Source: Monosiga brevicollis MX1
Lineage: Eukaryota
Assembly (NCBI RefSeq): GCF_000002865.3
Contig: NW_001865050.1
Coordinates: 66,429-130,428, forward strand
Length of the DNA: 64,000 nt
Direction: 5' to 3'
The notes under the pieces were generated by a model. It ran no database searches and was not told the origin of the DNA. It saw nothing but the letters and a program-made list of their open reading frames with translations. Shown here piece after piece: positions 61,420 through 64,000 of the stretch. Every line of letters starts with the position of its first letter. Positions within the stretch are counted from its first letter, which is position 1. The position numbers were made by a program, and so were the translations under genes.

Positions 61420-61985
61420 TCTTCTCTTTAAAATTGTGCACACACACACACACACACGTAACAACAACAACAACAACAAAGCATGGAAATGTCATCATGC
61501 CCGATGTCAGATATCAGAATCTATGTCAGATATTAATGTCATCATTTTGTGGCTGCCCGCATGTGGTCTCTCTCTCTTTCAGTTCCACACACACGCGCGC
61601 GCGCAGATCACAAGAGGGCGTGGCGCTGACGGGCGGACGAGGAAAGCTGGCGGCGTTGGGTCGACTTTGGGGTCGTCTGAGCGGCGGCAGTGGTGGATTT
61701 GGGTTAGGTTTGAAGGGGCGCGCGACTGGTGGCGTGCGATTGGAACCTCGTGTGACTGGATTGGCAGTGGCAACCACGGGTTGGATTCAGAACTGGGCAC
61801 CCCCGTCTGCTCCTTCCCGCTCCATCTCGACCCGCGTTCAGACGCAGACTCGGGCGGCAGAAGAGCAGTATCAAGACGCACAGCTGAAGGCCGTGTTGGA
61901 GCAGCATCTGCTTCAACGGATTCAAACGCACCCTGGTCCATCCCTTTCACCCTCCCTGTTAAAGTGGGCTGCTGAACAGACGATC

Positions 61986-63724
61986 ATGTCGGCCAAACGT
62001 GGTGCGCAAGCTGACACCGCTGGTGATCAGGCTGGCAAGCGACCCAAGCCCGAGGATGATGGCCGCCCGCGGCCCAAGAAATATGCCTTGCTCATGGGTT
62101 GGTCACACATCTTGACACTGGGTTCCCGTTCCCACTGCTTGGCCAAGTGCTCACCGATACACACGCTCTCAGGCTTTCAGGGCACAAGCTACGCCGGCAT
62201 GCAACGCAACATTGGCTTTGAAACCATCGAAAGCACCCTGTTGCGAGCTCTCCTCGTGGTTGGTCTCCACACCCCATCCGCTTCTCCCATCCTCCGTCTG
62301 CTTTCCCTTTTGTCTGCCCCCTTGTTCCCTTCAGAAAGCTTCCTGTATTGGACTCTTGGTGTTTGTGGTTCAATGCCCGAACCCGCACATGATTCTGGCC
62401 CAGCTCACACGCATTTCCTCCGTTTCAGACCGGCTGCATTGACAAAAATAACTATGAGACCCCACAAAGCATGCACTTTCAGCGTTGCGCGCGCACGGAT
62501 AAGGGTGTGCACGCCGCGCGTCAGGTACACAAGGCTCGCCCTACCCATGGGTCTACAGGTGCCGCCTGCTCTTACCCTGGGGCTTAATCACGCTCACTCC
62601 TGCACACTGCCCCTTTGACGGCGCATAGGTTGTGGCCATGCGCATGATCTTGACGGAGAACACGGTGGATGAGCTGAATGCCAAGCTCCCGGACGATATT
62701 CGGTCCGTTGCCCCCGCCACGCCACACGCCCGTGTGCCCCAGTATCGCGCTGCTTCTGCTCAACTTTGTTACCCCCTTTGATGACTTGCAGCATCTTTGG
62801 GGCGTTCCGTACCACCAAGGGGTTCAATCCCAAGAATGCCGTGCGTTGATTGCTTGCTCTTCGCCCGCCTCCCGGGTTTCTCGCTGACTAACATCCTCCC
62901 CACCACCGGCTATCTCGCAGTGCACTGGCCGCCGATACGAGTACCTGCTGCCTACCTATGCGCTCATGCCCAAGGAGAAGGTGCGGCACGTACCTGCCCT
63001 CTGCGCGCTGCGCGCTGTGCGCTGTGCCCAGGCTTCTTTGTATAGGAGCCTCGTGCTCACCAGACCATCTCCCCTTTGCCCAGGTGCCTGTACCGGAGTA
63101 TCGTGTCGATGAGCCCAAGCTCACCTGGTTTCGTGAGACTTTGAAGCGTTACATCGGCACCCACAAATTTCACAATTTCACCGCCGGCGTATGTCCTGCC
63201 CACATCGCCGCACTTGTATGCCCGTGCATCGTCTTGCTCACCTTGATTCATCGCTGGCTTAGAAATCTGCCAGCGATGACTCGTGTCGCCGCTACATCAC
63301 CGACTTTACTGTGCGTGTGTGCAAGGCGTCTGCCCTTCAGTCCACGTCTGCTCTGTGCCACCCTTCCCATTCACCTTGAATTCCACGTTCATACTCGACC
63401 ATTGCCGTCCCTTTGGCAGGTGAGCGAGCCATTTGAGCGCGAAGGCATCGAGTGGGTACGCATTCAAGTCAAAGGCCAATCCTTCATTCTTCACCAAATC
63501 CGCAAGATGATTGGTAAGTAGCCTTGCCAGCATCCGAGTGCCCTAGATGCAAAGGGGCTCTGACAACCTGTGCGGGCTGCTGCTGACAGGTTTGGCCGTG
63601 GCCATTGTGCGTGGTCACGTCAAGGATGACTACATGGATCGATGCTTCAGCGACGAGCGAGTATGTTCCTGCCTGATGACTCGCATTCAAATGCTCGCCT
63701 CGATCAATCCCGGTTCAGGGGTCA

Positions 63725-63762
<38 letters not shown>

Positions 63763-64000
63763 CTCCTTTTTTTTTTTGTCTCATCGCCGCCTGCTGATCT
63801 GAAATACTTGACTCGGAATAATACAGGTGGATGTTCCCAAGATTCCTGGCCTGGGCCTTTTCCTTGACTGCGTAAGAAGAGCGCCTCAGCAGTACCCTTG
63901 CGTTTTGCTTTGGTTGTCGGCAGCTTCTGAGGTTGCGTTCATGGCTCACGCAACCCTTTGCGCGACATGACCCAACCAGGTGTTTTTTGATTACTACAAC
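61986..64000 (+). CDS. PUS1: TruA-family tRNA pseudouridine synthase 1; incomplete at the right edge; start may lie upstream
   Basis: [33 protein letters not shown] (catalytic Asp); [48 protein letters not shown]. Confidence 0.93.

Overview
Gene-dense eukaryotic DNA with many short (~90-200 nt) GT-AG introns, polyT/polyA tracts, (CA)n/(GA)n microsatellites and two N-gaps. Gene content and architecture suggest a unicellular holozoan, most plausibly a choanoflagellate such as Monosiga (inference only). Manual splicing supports about 21 protein-coding genes. Recognisable ones are TOP3A (runs off the left edge), an ANKFN1/wide-awake homolog, MetAP1, CK1, a SUCO/SLP1-type SUN protein, a FIH/HIF1AN-like JmjC hydroxylase, NDUFA7, myosin I, an FBXO7-like protein, an Ariadne RBR ligase, NOC2, ERp18/TXNDC12 and PUS1 (runs off the right edge). 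Less familiar ones are a C4 zinc-finger protein, a secreted Cys-repeat protein, a stand-alone HDAC6-type ZnF-UBP, a coiled-coil+WW protein, a two-pore K+ channel with EF-hands, an NPF-rich protein and two tandem BAR-like paralogs. The best candidates for something new are (1) the tandem paralog pair at 57.3-61.2 kb, whose spliced products fit the residue spacing of the fungal eisosome proteins Pil1/Lsp1, and (2) the gene at 7.4-9.0 kb with a nuclear-receptor-like double C4 zinc finger. No rRNA, tRNA, CRISPR or transposon was recognised. All family calls come from recalled motifs, not database searches, and gene boundaries are manual estimates.
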